NCBI GenBank assembly: GCA_001787405.1
Contig: MFWV01000011.1
Span: forward strand, 48,857 to 112,856
Length of the DNA: 64,000 nt
From: Candidatus Pacebacteria bacterium RIFOXYA1_FULL_38_18
Lineage (GTDB): Bacteria > Patescibacteriota > Microgenomatia > UBA1400 > PJMF01
Direction of reading: 5' to 3'
Shown here: positions 29,797 through 39,527 of the stretch, in pieces
Numbering within the stretch: the first letter of the stretch is position 1
Layout: each line of letters opens with the position of its first letter
Made by a program: the position numbers and the translations under genes
The notes under the pieces: generated by a model
Databases searched by the model: none
What the model was told of the DNA's origin: nothing
Seen by the model: only the letters and a program-made list of their open reading frames with translations

Positions 29797-32133
29797 ATGT
29801 TTATAGAATCTGATAGTTTTGTCACCAGTGTTTCTATGTTTTTCATCAATCTCTTTTTATGGATAGGAATTATTGGTTTAGTACTTATTTTGGCTTATTT
29901 ATTTTTACAATGGTTTAAACATCGCAAACGCGAAGTCTATTCTCTGGACTTTGTAACACTACTAGTTCGTCTTCCCAAAGACAATGAAGTAAAGATTGAT
30001 GCTGCCGAACAAATGTTTGCCGGACTTTATTCTCTCAAAAATGATGGAATTTTCTCTTTCTTAAAACCAGAAGAAATCATTAGTTTTGAGATAGTGGGCC
30101 TCAAAGAAGAAATTGCTTTTTATGTTAGTTGTCCCAGAAAAATTAGAGATTTAGTAGAAAAACAAATTCATGGAGCATATCCCTTTGCTGATATCAAAGA
30201 AACTGATGAGGTAAATATTTTTAGCGAAAAAGGGCGAGTAGCTTTTTCTTCATTGAAACTTAAAGAAGGTCACTCTTTACCTTTAAAGACTTACAAAGAT
30301 TTACCAACAGACGGCTTGTCATTGATTACTTCTGCTTTTTCCAAAATGGGAGAAGGAGATGGTGCGATCTTGCAAATCTTGATCAGACCGGAAGGCAATC
30401 GTTGGCAGAAAAAAGGCAGAAACTACATCAAAAACGAAAAAAAACGAGAAGCTGATCCTCAAAAAGCAACTTATGGCCATGATCCAAAAGAAATGGAAGC
30501 AGTAACAACCAAAGTTGAAAAACCAGGCTTCAGAACCTCAATCAGAGTAGTGGTATCTTCAGCTCATGAATCAATAGCCCACTCACATTTAAATAACATT
30601 GACGGTGCTTTTTCTCAATTTGCTTCTACCTATAACCAACTCACTCATTCTCGTTTTTACATCAAACATCTTTTTATGATTGATTTTATTTATCGTTATA
30701 TGCCGTTATTTAATATAGGTACTTCAATTTTGAATACCGAAGAGTTAGCCACTGTTTTTCACTTTCCCAATAAAACTGTGGAGACTCATCACATCAAGTG
30801 GCTACAAGCCAAAAACGCACCAGCCCCGCATCAAATTCCCAATGAGGGACTCTTTTTGGGCAAATCTCTTTATCGTGGAGAAATACGAGATGTGCACATG
30901 AAGCTGAAAGATCGTCAACGCCACATGTACATCATTGGAAAAACTGGTACCGGTAAATCTGAGTTTTTGAAAGAAATGATCATGCAGGACATTATTAAAG
31001 GAGAAGGAGTTTGTGCCATTGATCCGCATGGTGAGTTTGTAGAAGATATTTTGCAATTAATGCCACCAGAACGGGCAGAAGATGTCATCTATTTCAACCC
31101 ATCAGATCTAGATCGGCCGATGGGTTTGAATATGATGGAAGCAGATTTTGAGGAACAAAAGCATTTTGTGGTGAGTTCCATTATTGGTTTAATGTACAAA
31201 TTATATGATCCGCATCGCACTGGTATCATCGGTCCGCGATTTGAGCATGCCATCAGAAACGCTATGTTGACAATCATGTCTAGAGAAGGTTCTACTTTTA
31301 TTGAGCTAGTTCGGGCCCTAACAGATCAAAAATTTGTTGAAGAGCTCTTGCCTTATGTTAAAGATCCGGTAGTAAAACGATATTGGACTGATCAGATTGC
31401 TCAAACCAGTGATTTCCATAAGTCAGAAGTGCTTGACTACATTGTGTCCAAATTTGGCCGTTTTGTGACCAATAAAACGATGAGAAACATCATTGGCCAG
31501 CCCAAGAGCTCTTTTAATTTCCGCAAAGCAATGGACGAGAAAAAAATTATTTTATGCAACCTTTCCAAAGGCATCTTGGGTGAGGAAGATGCCAAGTTTC
31601 TTGGTTTGATTCTAGTGCCAAAAGTCCTAACTGCTGCTATGAGCAGACAAGATGTGCCGATGGATCAGCGAACTGATTTTTTTCTCTATGTGGACGAGTT
31701 TCAAAACTATGCTACCGAGGATTTTGCCACCATTCTTTCAGAGGCTAGAAAATACAAACTCAATTTGATTGTAGCCAATCAGTTTATTGGTCAGATTGAT
31801 GAGGAAGTCAAAAACGCGGTGTTTGGTAATGTTGGCACCATTATTTCTTTCCGCATTGGCGTAACAGATGCCAATTTCCTACAACATGAATTTACTCCAG
31901 TTTTTAACGAAACAGACTTGGTTAATGTAGAAAAGTATCACGTTTACATTAAAACCATTGTCAACAATGAGCCAGTATCAGCTTTCAGCATGTCATTGGA
32001 AAAAGACATGGACGCCATCAAAGCCCAAATGAATCCCAAGTTGGCAGAAATGATCAAACAGCTTTCCCGCTTAAAATATGGTAAAGAGAGATCCGTAGTT
32101 GAGGCAGAAATTTCCATTAGAGCAAGATTATAA
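29797..32133 (+). CDS. VirD4/TraG/HerA-like P-loop ATPase with N-terminal TM anchor (CPR T4SS-like coupling protein)
   Basis: DRQRHMYIIGKTGTGKS Walker A, IDPHGE, LYVDEFQN Walker B, SEARKY, ANQF, GNVGT. Confidence 0.88.
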   Translation: MFIESDSFVTSVSMFFINLFLWIGIIGLVLILAYLFLQWFKHRKREVYSLDFVTLLVRLPKDNEVKIDAAEQMFAGLYSLKNDGIFSFLKPEEIISFEIVGLKEEIAFYVSCPRKIRDLVEKQIHGAYPFADIKETDEVNIFSEKGRVAFSSLKLKEGHSLPLKTYKDLPTDGLSLITSAFSKMGEGDGAILQILIRPEGNRWQKKGRNYIKNEKKREADPQKATYGHDPKEMEAVTTKVEKPGFRTSIRVVVSSAHESIAHSHLNNIDGAFSQFASTYNQLTHSRFYIKHLFMIDFIYRYMPLFNIGTSILNTEELATVFHFPNKTVETHHIKWLQAKNAPAPHQIPNEGLFLGKSLYRGEIRDVHMKLKDRQRHMYIIGKTGTGKSEFLKEMIMQDIIKGEGVCAIDPHGEFVEDILQLMPPERAEDVIYFNPSDLDRPMGLNMMEADFEEQKHFVVSSIIGLMYKLYDPHRTGIIGPRFEHAIRNAMLTIMSREGSTFIELVRALTDQKFVEELLPYVKDPVVKRYWTDQIAQTSDFHKSEVLDYIVSKFGRFVTNKTMRNIIGQPKSSFNFRKAMDEKKIILCNLSKGILGEEDAKFLGLILVPKVLTAAMSRQDVPMDQRTDFFLYVDEFQNYATEDFATILSEARKYKLNLIVANQFIGQIDEEVKNAVFGNVGTIISFRIGVTDANFLQHEFTPVFNETDLVNVEKYHVYIKTIVNNEPVSAFSMSLEKDMDAIKAQMNPKLAEMIKQLSRLKYGKERSVVEAEISIRARL

Positions 32134-32200
32134 GTTTATTTATTTGGCAAACCTCAGTAATCTTTGCATGATTTTGATAGATTTTGGAGACTATCTATAT

Positions 32201-32242
32201 GTGTGTTATTGCGAATGTGTTGTTGTAAATATGTTATTGCAA
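32201..32242 (+). repeat. Three imperfect 14-bp tandem repeats upstream of the mevalonate operon
   Basis: GTGTGTTATTGCGA / ATGTGTTGTTGTAA / ATATGTTATTGCAA. Confidence 0.7.
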
Positions 32243-32317
32243 AAAATTTATAAATATTAACTTTTTTGACTTGAAACAAACACATAAACGCACTCAAAAC
32301 AAATTATTTTTTCAATC

Positions 32318-33184
32318 ATGAGCATAAACTCAACTTCTCTGGGAAAAATTATTCTTACGGGGGAGCATAGTGTAGTTTATGGTTACCCCGCTTTGGCCAT
32401 ACCTACCAAATTAGCCACTCATGTAAAGGTTTGGAAAAAACGAGAGGGAAGATCTACCAAACAGTCACTTCCTCTCAAAGTTGTTCAAGTTATTGACGTC
32501 ATAGGTGAGCATTTTCCAGAACTTGATTTAGGTTTATCTTTTCAGATTTTTTCTTCATTGCCACAAAATTCAGGCCTCGGTTCCTCTGCAGCGCTGGCTC
32601 ATGCTCTTGTAAAAGCTATTGCTGGATATTATCACCGCCAATTAACAAAAGAACAGCTTTTTCAGATTGTTCAAAAATGTGAAAAAATTTTTCATGGAAA
32701 ACCCAGTGGAATTGATGCTGCTACTGTAGTTTATGAAACCTGTCTGCGTTTTATAAGGTCTAAAGATCAAGTTACCATTAAAAAACTTGATTGTCTGAAA
32801 ACGATTCCACCCTTTCTTTTACTTGACTCTGGAAAGGCCACCGAAACAACAAAAGCAATGATAAAAATTGCCAGCGGCAATCCAGCAAAGAAAAGCATTT
32901 TAAAACAAATAGGCGCAATTACTCAAAAAATCGAGAATCTTTTACAAGATGAAAAATTTTCTCCAGAACTTATTACAGAGAATGAAAGATTGCTGGAGAA
33001 ATTGGGCGTGGTTGGTAAAAAAGCCACTCTCATCATTCGTGCTATCGAAGAATTTGGAGGTTTTGCAAAAATTACTGGAGCAGGGGGAGTGGCGAGTGGT
33101 TCTGGCGTCATTATTGCTTTTCACAAAGACATCCAGAAATTAAAGAATTATTGTAAAATCAAACGATTTCACTCATTCAATTAA
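32318..33184 (+). CDS. mvk: Mevalonate kinase (GHMP family)
   Basis: GKIILTGEHSVVYG, PQNSGLGSSAA, EKIFHGKPSGID, AKITGAGG. Confidence 0.85.
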   Translation: MSINSTSLGKIILTGEHSVVYGYPALAIPTKLATHVKVWKKREGRSTKQSLPLKVVQVIDVIGEHFPELDLGLSFQIFSSLPQNSGLGSSAALAHALVKAIAGYYHRQLTKEQLFQIVQKCEKIFHGKPSGIDAATVVYETCLRFIRSKDQVTIKKLDCLKTIPPFLLLDSGKATETTKAMIKIASGNPAKKSILKQIGAITQKIENLLQDEKFSPELITENERLLEKLGVVGKKATLIIRAIEEFGGFAKITGAGGVASGSGVIIAFHKDIQKLKNYCKIKRFHSFN

Positions 33185-33222
33185 ATAGAAGCTAAAATTA
33201 AAATGGCAAAAGAAAATAATTT

Positions 33223-34206
33223 ATGAATAAGATTCAAGCCTCTGCTCCAGGAAAATTAATGTTGTTTGGTGAGCATGCGGTGGTGTACGGACATCCGTGT
33301 ATTGTTACTGCCGTTGATCAGCGCATTTTTGTAGAAGTTCAAAAAAAAGATAATCATTCTTTTTCTGTTGTAGCGCCCGAAGTAGGAGTGGACAAATATA
33401 CCAAAAGTTTGATTGAAATTGGAAAGGCAACTATTCCCAGATCTGTTGTTTTCCTAGAGAAATTATATAAAAAATTTATTGAAAAATATTCTGTTGGTGG
33501 CGGAATTCAAGTCACGACTAGAAGTGAGTTTTCTGCAAAATTTGGTTTTGGCTCAAGCAGTGCCGTTACAGTGGCTTTTGCAAAAGCTTTGACAAAATTG
33601 TTCGCGATTGAGTTATCAAAGAAAGAATTATTTGACCTTTGCTATCAAACCGTTATTGATGTGCAAGGAGTTGGATCAGGGTTTGATTTGGCTTCAGCAA
33701 TATGGGGTGGCACTATCTATTATATTAAACCTGCAAAAATAGTAGAGCAACTTTCTGAAAAAGAAATTCCCATCAGCGTGGCATACACCGGCATTAAAGC
33801 CGATACTACAAGTCTGGTAAAAATGGTTGCGGAAGAAAAGGCCAATAATGCAGACAAGATCAATGAGATTTTTGAGCAAATAACCATTATTACTAAATTG
33901 GCAAAAACGGCAATATTGGCAAGTGATTGGCCACAGGTGGGGAACCTTATGACTCAAAATCAATTGTTGTTGGCAGAATTGGGAGTGAGTAGCACAGAGC
34001 TGGATTCGCTCATCTCAGTCTCATTGTTATCAGGAGCATATGGAGCAAAATTATCTGGTGCTGGTGGAGGTGATTGTATGATTGCTCTAGCCGATCAGAA
34101 AATCAAGAAAAAAATGGAGATAGAGCTTGAAAATGTTGGCGGTCAGGTGCTACAGGTGCATACCGGCGCTGATGCAGTAAGATTGGAAACAGAAAGCAAA
34201 AAATGA
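33223..34206 (+). CDS. Second mevalonate-kinase-like GHMP kinase, probable phosphomevalonate kinase
   Basis: APGKLMLFGEHAVVYG, FGFGSSSAVTV, QGVGSGFDLA, KLSGAGGGDC; lies between mvk and mvaD. Confidence 0.7.
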   Translation: MNKIQASAPGKLMLFGEHAVVYGHPCIVTAVDQRIFVEVQKKDNHSFSVVAPEVGVDKYTKSLIEIGKATIPRSVVFLEKLYKKFIEKYSVGGGIQVTTRSEFSAKFGFGSSSAVTVAFAKALTKLFAIELSKKELFDLCYQTVIDVQGVGSGFDLASAIWGGTIYYIKPAKIVEQLSEKEIPISVAYTGIKADTTSLVKMVAEEKANNADKINEIFEQITIITKLAKTAILASDWPQVGNLMTQNQLLLAELGVSSTELDSLISVSLLSGAYGAKLSGAGGGDCMIALADQKIKKKMEIELENVGGQVLQVHTGADAVRLETESKK

Positions 34207-35183
34207 AGAAACAAACAGTACTAGCTCATTCTGATGTAGCGCTAATTAAATACTGGGGTAAAAAAGACGTAGCAACTCAACTTCCAGAAAATAGCAGTGT
34301 CTCAGTTGCTCTAAATGGATTGGATACCATCACAACTGTAGAGTTTGACGATAAATTATTGGCAGACGACATTGTTATCCAAGGCAGTAGAGAAGCCAAA
34401 GAAGTAGAGCGAGTAGTTTTACATTTGGAAAGAATTAGAAACTTAGCCCAAATTAAAACATACGCAAAAGTTGTATCAAAAAACACCTTTCCCAAAGCAA
34501 CTGGGCTTTCTAGTTCTGGTTCTGGGTTTGCTGCTCTGACTTTGGCTGCAATTGGTGCTCTTGAACTGAAACTTTCCCCCAAAGAAATAAGTATTCTTGC
34601 TAGAAAAGCCTCTGGTACAGCTTGTCGTTGTGTGATGGGTGGTTTTATTAAGTGGCTCGCTGGAGATACATCAAGTTCTTCTTATTCAAAAACAATTTTT
34701 GATGAAAATTATTGGGATATTAGAGATGTAATTGCCATTGTTGATTTTGATAAGAAAAAAGTATCTTCTTCTGAAGGTCATTTATCAGCGCACTCAAGTC
34801 CGTTTTATCAAGTTCGCTTACAGCGAATTCCCAGTAAAATTAAAAAAATTAAACAATATATAAACGATAAAGATTTTTCATCCTTTGGCAAACTAATCGA
34901 ATCAGAAGCTTTGGAATTTCACTCAATTCTTCTGACAAGTAAACCCCCACTCATCGCTTGGTATCCTGGCACTATTGCGGTGATGAATCTTGTACAAGAA
35001 ATGCGAAAACAGGGTATTGAGGCATATTTCACCATCAATACGGGCTTTAATGTTCATATATTAACACTTCCTCAATTTGTAGATGAAGTTCAGAAGAGAG
35101 TTTCAAGTTTGTCATTTGTTCGTGATGTTATGAAAGCAACCGTGGGGGGTTTTCCCCAAAAATTGGATACCCACTTATTTTAA
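34203..35183 (+). CDS. mvaD: Diphosphomevalonate decarboxylase
   Basis: ALIKYWGK, P.NSSVS, FPKATGLSSSGSGFAAL, ARKASGTACR, YFTINTGFNVH. Confidence 0.93.
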   Translation: MKKQTVLAHSDVALIKYWGKKDVATQLPENSSVSVALNGLDTITTVEFDDKLLADDIVIQGSREAKEVERVVLHLERIRNLAQIKTYAKVVSKNTFPKATGLSSSGSGFAALTLAAIGALELKLSPKEISILARKASGTACRCVMGGFIKWLAGDTSSSSYSKTIFDENYWDIRDVIAIVDFDKKKVSSSEGHLSAHSSPFYQVRLQRIPSKIKKIKQYINDKDFSSFGKLIESEALEFHSILLTSKPPLIAWYPGTIAVMNLVQEMRKQGIEAYFTINTGFNVHILTLPQFVDEVQKRVSSLSFVRDVMKATVGGFPQKLDTHLF

Positions 35184-35268
35184 AAATGAATATTTTGGTT
35201 GCGAAAAACTAAAAAAACTTGATTTCAAGAACATAAAAAACTATTGCGAAAACTTATTTTGGATAACT

Positions 35269-35580
35269 TTACCGTGCTTCGTAACTATCTACCACCTGTT
35301 TGCAGTAAAGATATTGACCGTAATCAATAGCCTTTTGCTGAATACTGGGGCTACTCTCATCTACTTGAATACTGGTTCCTAGAACATTTTTTGCTTGAGT
35401 GCCAATTTCTTGGGCGCGAGAAGACATAATGGCAAACTGCTGACTGATGTTGCCCTGAAGAGCATCGATTTCTATGGGAAGACTTGGGTTATTGGCTAGG
35501 GAATTATTTTTAAAGAAATAAATATAGCCAGCAACCAGGAGGCCGATAATAGCCAGCGTGATATAAATTTTTCTTTTCAT
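35269..35580 (-). CDS. Small membrane-anchored/secreted hypothetical protein
   Basis: MKRKIYITLAIIGLLVAGYIYF; C-terminal YLYCKQVVDSYE; TATACT 8 nt upstream. Confidence 0.65.
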   Translation of the reverse strand: MKRKIYITLAIIGLLVAGYIYFFKNNSLANNPSLPIEIDALQGNISQQFAIMSSRAQEIGTQAKNVLGTSIQVDESSPSIQQKAIDYGQYLYCKQVVDSYEAR

Positions 35581-35602
35581 TACTTTTGAGTATAACTTAG
35601 AT

Positions 35603-36823
35603 TTACTCGTAGCGCAGAGCTTCGATAGGGGAAAGTCTAGAAGCTCGTCTGGCTGGGGCAACGCCAAAAATGATTCCTACGGCTGCTGAAACACCAAAAG
35701 CCAAAAGTACCGCTTCCATAGTGACTTTGGCAGGGAAGAAGGCTTGTATGGCCAAAGAACCTAAATAGGCGATTCCCAAGCCAATCAAGCCACCAATGAC
35801 CGATAATAGGGCTGATTCGATTAAAAATTGAAATAAAATTTGATTGGGTGTAGCACCCAGGGCTTTACGCAAGCCAATTTCTCGGGTACGTTCAGTCACT
35901 GACACCAACATGATGTTCATGATTCCTATTCCGCCCACGATCAAAGAAATTGCTCCAATCCCACCCAAGGCAATAGTGAGTGTTCCCAAAATACTATTGA
36001 TTGTGTCTAGCAACTGAGTTTGATCAAAAACCGTAAACTCATCATCATCCAAAAATTTACTCAGGCTTTTTTCTACACCAGCTTTTGCTGACTCAACATC
36101 ATTTTGGTCCACTGCTTCAAAAGTAAATGAATCAATTAACTCAATATTGAAGTCATCAAACAGAGTATTGAGAGGCAAATAAACATAATTATCAAAATTT
36201 GGTCCACCAAAACTACCTCCCTGTTTCATCAACACACCGCTAACTGTGTAGGTTCGACTTTCAATGCGGATACGTTTACCTACCGGATCAATTTTACCGA
36301 ATAATTCTTCTGCGATACCATTTCCCAATACCACCACTCGCTCACTTCTGGATTCAGAGGCTTCATCAAACCATTTACCTTTTTCAGTCTCCATTTTGAC
36401 TACTTCACCATAATTGGCGGTTACGCCATAAAGAGTGATGCGTTTTGTGATTTCGCGGTATTTAGCTTCACCAGTGCTAAAGCCACTAGCTACTCCTGCT
36501 CTTATTATTCCTCGATTGTCACGCAAGACCTGATTAAGATAGGAACGTTTTAGGACTGGTTTGGTGCTTTCTATAAAACTGCTTTCACCAGAAAATCCAG
36601 ATCCTTCACCAAAAGGATTTCCTGGAGAAACAAAAATAATATTGCCTCCCAAACTGGCAAACTGATCGCTAATGTAAGCTTGCAAGCCAGCACCGATTGA
36701 AATGAGTAAAACAACGGAGGACACACCGATAATTACTCCCAGCATGGTAAGAAAAGCACGTCCCTTATTGACCGCGATGGCTTTAATGGCAATTAAAAAA
36801 GTATTTTTTAGATTTATATTCAT
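35603..36823 (-). CDS. MacB/FtsX-family ABC transporter permease
   Basis: RAFLTMLGVIIGV, ISLIVGGIGIMNIMLVSVTERTREIGLRKALGA, PARRASRLSPIEALRYE. Confidence 0.95.
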   Translation of the reverse strand: MNINLKNTFLIAIKAIAVNKGRAFLTMLGVIIGVSSVVLLISIGAGLQAYISDQFASLGGNIIFVSPGNPFGEGSGFSGESSFIESTKPVLKRSYLNQVLRDNRGIIRAGVASGFSTGEAKYREITKRITLYGVTANYGEVVKMETEKGKWFDEASESRSERVVVLGNGIAEELFGKIDPVGKRIRIESRTYTVSGVLMKQGGSFGGPNFDNYVYLPLNTLFDDFNIELIDSFTFEAVDQNDVESAKAGVEKSLSKFLDDDEFTVFDQTQLLDTINSILGTLTIALGGIGAISLIVGGIGIMNIMLVSVTERTREIGLRKALGATPNQILFQFLIESALLSVIGGLIGLGIAYLGSLAIQAFFPAKVTMEAVLLAFGVSAAVGIIFGVAPARRASRLSPIEALRYE

Positions 36824-37554
36824 GATTTGAGTTTTCCGTTTACGATTTTTCCGTCAATCAAAGAAATATGTTTTTTGGCAATCTCAGCCACGTCATGTTC
36901 ATGAGTTACCATGATGATGGTTTTGCCCTCGAGATTGAGTTGCTTGAGAATTTTTTTAACCTCTTCACCACTTTTTGAATCCAAGTTGCCAGTTGGTTCA
37001 TCAGCAAAAATAATAGCGGGATCGTTGACTAGGGCTCGGGCGATAGCCACTCGCTGTTGTTGGCCGCCAGAAAGCTGAGAGGGGCCGTTATCCAGACGAT
37101 CTCCCAATCCTAGTTTTTCTAGAATATTGCGAGCTTTCTGGCGGCGAGTAGTTTCATCTATTCCAGCATAAACGAGAGGTAAGGCTACATTTTCCAAAGC
37201 AGAGGTTTTGGCTAACAAATTGAAAGTTTGAAAAACAAAACCAACCTCTTTATTTCTCAAGCGAGCCCTCTCTATTTCGTTGTATGTACTGGTATCTTTA
37301 CCATTAATCAAGATTTTACCCGAACTGGGTGTAGCTAGGATGCTAGCCACTTGTAAAAAAGTCGATTTTCCAGAGCCAGAGGGTCCCATGACAGAAAGAA
37401 ATTCGCCTTCTTTGACAGTCAAAGAAATATCGTCCAATGCTTTGATTGTTTGTGTTCCCACTTGATAAATTTTGGAAACATTTTTTAGTTCCAAAATAGT
37501 TGAATGAGTTTTTTTGGTATTTTTTAACTTACCTGAGTGTTTATTTTGAGGCAT
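36820..37554 (-). CDS. ABC transporter ATP-binding protein (MacB/LolD-like)
   Basis: [35 protein letters not shown]. Confidence 0.95.
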   Translation of the reverse strand: MPQNKHSGKLKNTKKTHSTILELKNVSKIYQVGTQTIKALDDISLTVKEGEFLSVMGPSGSGKSTFLQVASILATPSSGKILINGKDTSTYNEIERARLRNKEVGFVFQTFNLLAKTSALENVALPLVYAGIDETTRRQKARNILEKLGLGDRLDNGPSQLSGGQQQRVAIARALVNDPAIIFADEPTGNLDSKSGEEVKKILKQLNLEGKTIIMVTHEHDVAEIAKKHISLIDGKIVNGKLKS

Positions 37555-37576
37555 TGCATTGGTTGAGTTGATCAAT

Positions 37577-38620
37577 TTATTCAGGCAATAGAATCTCATC
37601 AGCTTCTGACAAGCCTGATAAAACCTCTATTTTTTCTTCTGTTTCCATTCCAGTAACAAGCTCCCGCTCTTCATAGGTATTTTTACCAGTGCGAAGATCA
37701 ACATAGACTTTTTCATCACGTTCTCTAGTGGCAATCAAAGGAACGGTGAGAACATTTGCTTTTTCTTCTATTTTTATCTCAACATCCCCATTCATGCCCA
37801 ACCGATATTTATTCAAGCTATCTATCTGATCAATGGGCATTTCTACAGCAAAAACTGTACCGCTAGCAGACAAGGTGCTCTGATAAGCAATGTAATTTAT
37901 GAAACTATCTATGTTTTCATCAGCATATGCATCCAGACTAATTACGGTTGATTGATTGGTCTGAATCAAAGAAATGTCTGCTTCGTCTACTAATGCTCGG
38001 AAAATAAGTGTTTTAGGATTGACGATCAGAAAAGAATCAGTTGCTAGTAGTTGTATGCCAGACACATTGGTCGGGGATTGAACTAAAATGCCATCAATGG
38101 GTGAAGACATCACGGTATTGGCTACAGTAATAGCTGCTATTTCCAGATCTATGACTGAATTTTCCAGATCTAATTGATTTTTTTCTACAGTACGGTTTTC
38201 CTCCTGATCTATTGTTCTGTCTTTGACATCATCAAGTTGTTGATCCCAATCCAGACGTTCTTTGGAATAAAGATTTAAATATTTTTCTTTACTTTTGGCA
38301 ACGCTGGCAGCATCAATTTGAGCAATTGTTTGCCATTTTTTTACCGAATCACCCTCTTTAGCTCCCAAATAAGTAACTTTACCACCAGCTAGAAAGCGTA
38401 AAGAAGCTTTTTCTTTGGCATCAATTACACCAGAAACCTCCAATGTTTTTATCAAATTTTCTCTAGTAGGAGAGATAAAAATAAGTTGTTCTTGATCTTG
38501 TGATTTAGCCAGAACCAGGCGACCGGCAACCAACAAGATAACTAAACCAATAATTATCCACCAGCGCTTTGTTTGCCAGAGATTTTTTAGTTTATTTAAA
38601 AACGGTTTAAAAAATTTCAT
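37577..38620 (-). CDS. MacA/HlyD-like periplasmic adaptor subunit
   Basis: N-terminal TM, GKVTYLGAKEGDSVKK, SPIDG, VDEADI, GMNGDV, VLSGL. Confidence 0.88.
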   Translation of the reverse strand: MKFFKPFLNKLKNLWQTKRWWIIIGLVILLVAGRLVLAKSQDQEQLIFISPTRENLIKTLEVSGVIDAKEKASLRFLAGGKVTYLGAKEGDSVKKWQTIAQIDAASVAKSKEKYLNLYSKERLDWDQQLDDVKDRTIDQEENRTVEKNQLDLENSVIDLEIAAITVANTVMSSPIDGILVQSPTNVSGIQLLATDSFLIVNPKTLIFRALVDEADISLIQTNQSTVISLDAYADENIDSFINYIAYQSTLSASGTVFAVEMPIDQIDSLNKYRLGMNGDVEIKIEEKANVLTVPLIATRERDEKVYVDLRTGKNTYEERELVTGMETEEKIEVLSGLSEADEILLPE

Positions 38621-38649
38621 GAGCAGCTATTCTATCAAATTATTGCAAG

Positions 38650-38723
38650 TGCGTGCGCTAGGACTCGAACCTAGAACCACCAAGGTATAAGCTTGGTGCT
38701 CTGACCAATTGAGCTACGCACGC
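38650..38723 (-). tRNA. tRNA-Ile with anticodon UAU; CCA not encoded
   Basis: GCGTGCG acceptor stem, TAGCTCAATTGGTCAGAGC D-arm, CCAAG-CTTATAC-CTTGG anticodon arm (TAT at 38689-38687), CTAGG-TTCGAGT-CCTAG T-arm, discriminator A. Confidence 0.93.
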
Positions 38724-38815
38724 TTTAATAAAAGAAATTATAACGGATGTTTCATAAAAACCCGAGAGAGATTATCAAAATGTCCAAAATATAAAACGTG
38801 ATAAATTTGATTGGA

Positions 38816-39523
38816 TTAGAGCAAGAGTAGTAGTAATGCTCCTATTCCCAGAGTGGCTAAACCAACTTGTAGATAATTTAGCCAGTCAGCAGGACCGCTT
38901 TTGTATAATTCTTCAGGATAATCAGGTTGTCCGTCCGCAACAGATGCGGAAGGTGTTGAGGTTGGAGCAGAAGTAGGCGTTAGTGTAGTTGTTGGTGTAG
39001 TAGTTGGTGTAGTCGTTGGCGTAGTAGTTGGTGTAGTCGTTGGCACTGGCTCTTCACAACAACTAGCAACTGTAGGATTGGCAATACAGGCATCTTTATA
39101 ATCTTCTACTGCACAGTATTTTTCTCCATCATCAGCAGTAATACAGACCAAGTCGCCAGCGCAGTCAGTATCGGTTCCACAAGGAGTGTAACCACACTCA
39201 CTAGGTTCAGCTGGCTCTAATACAGTAAAGGTCAAAGTACAACTTGATTGTCGAATAATAGAGGCTTCTGGGAAAGATTGCGGAGCACTAGGAGCTACTG
39301 GCTCTTGACTCAAGTATTGTTTTTGAGCAATCAATACGCCCACCAAACCAATAGCAAAAAACACGATCAGAATCAAAATTGTCCAGATTGTTCTGGCTAT
39401 GGGTGGTTTTTGCGGAGGAACAGCCCGTTCTTTGGCGTAACGCTTGGCAAATTCCTGTTGCTTTGGCGTTGAACTAGTCATTGGGGCTTGGTTGGCTGGT
39501 GGGTTTTGATAAGTGTTTTCCAT
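38816..39523 (-). CDS. Cys-rich, Pro/Thr-rich surface protein with N-terminal TM and C-terminal hydrophobic tail
   Basis: Start at MENTY; TM helix, Cys cluster, PTTT repeats, C-terminal LYKSGPADWLNYLQVGLATLGIGALLLLLL. Confidence 0.75.
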   Translation of the reverse strand: MENTYQNPPANQAPMTSSTPKQQEFAKRYAKERAVPPQKPPIARTIWTILILIVFFAIGLVGVLIAQKQYLSQEPVAPSAPQSFPEASIIRQSSCTLTFTVLEPAEPSECGYTPCGTDTDCAGDLVCITADDGEKYCAVEDYKDACIANPTVASCCEEPVPTTTPTTTPTTTPTTTPTTTLTPTSAPTSTPSASVADGQPDYPEELYKSGPADWLNYLQVGLATLGIGALLLLLL

Positions 39524-39527
39524 CAAT

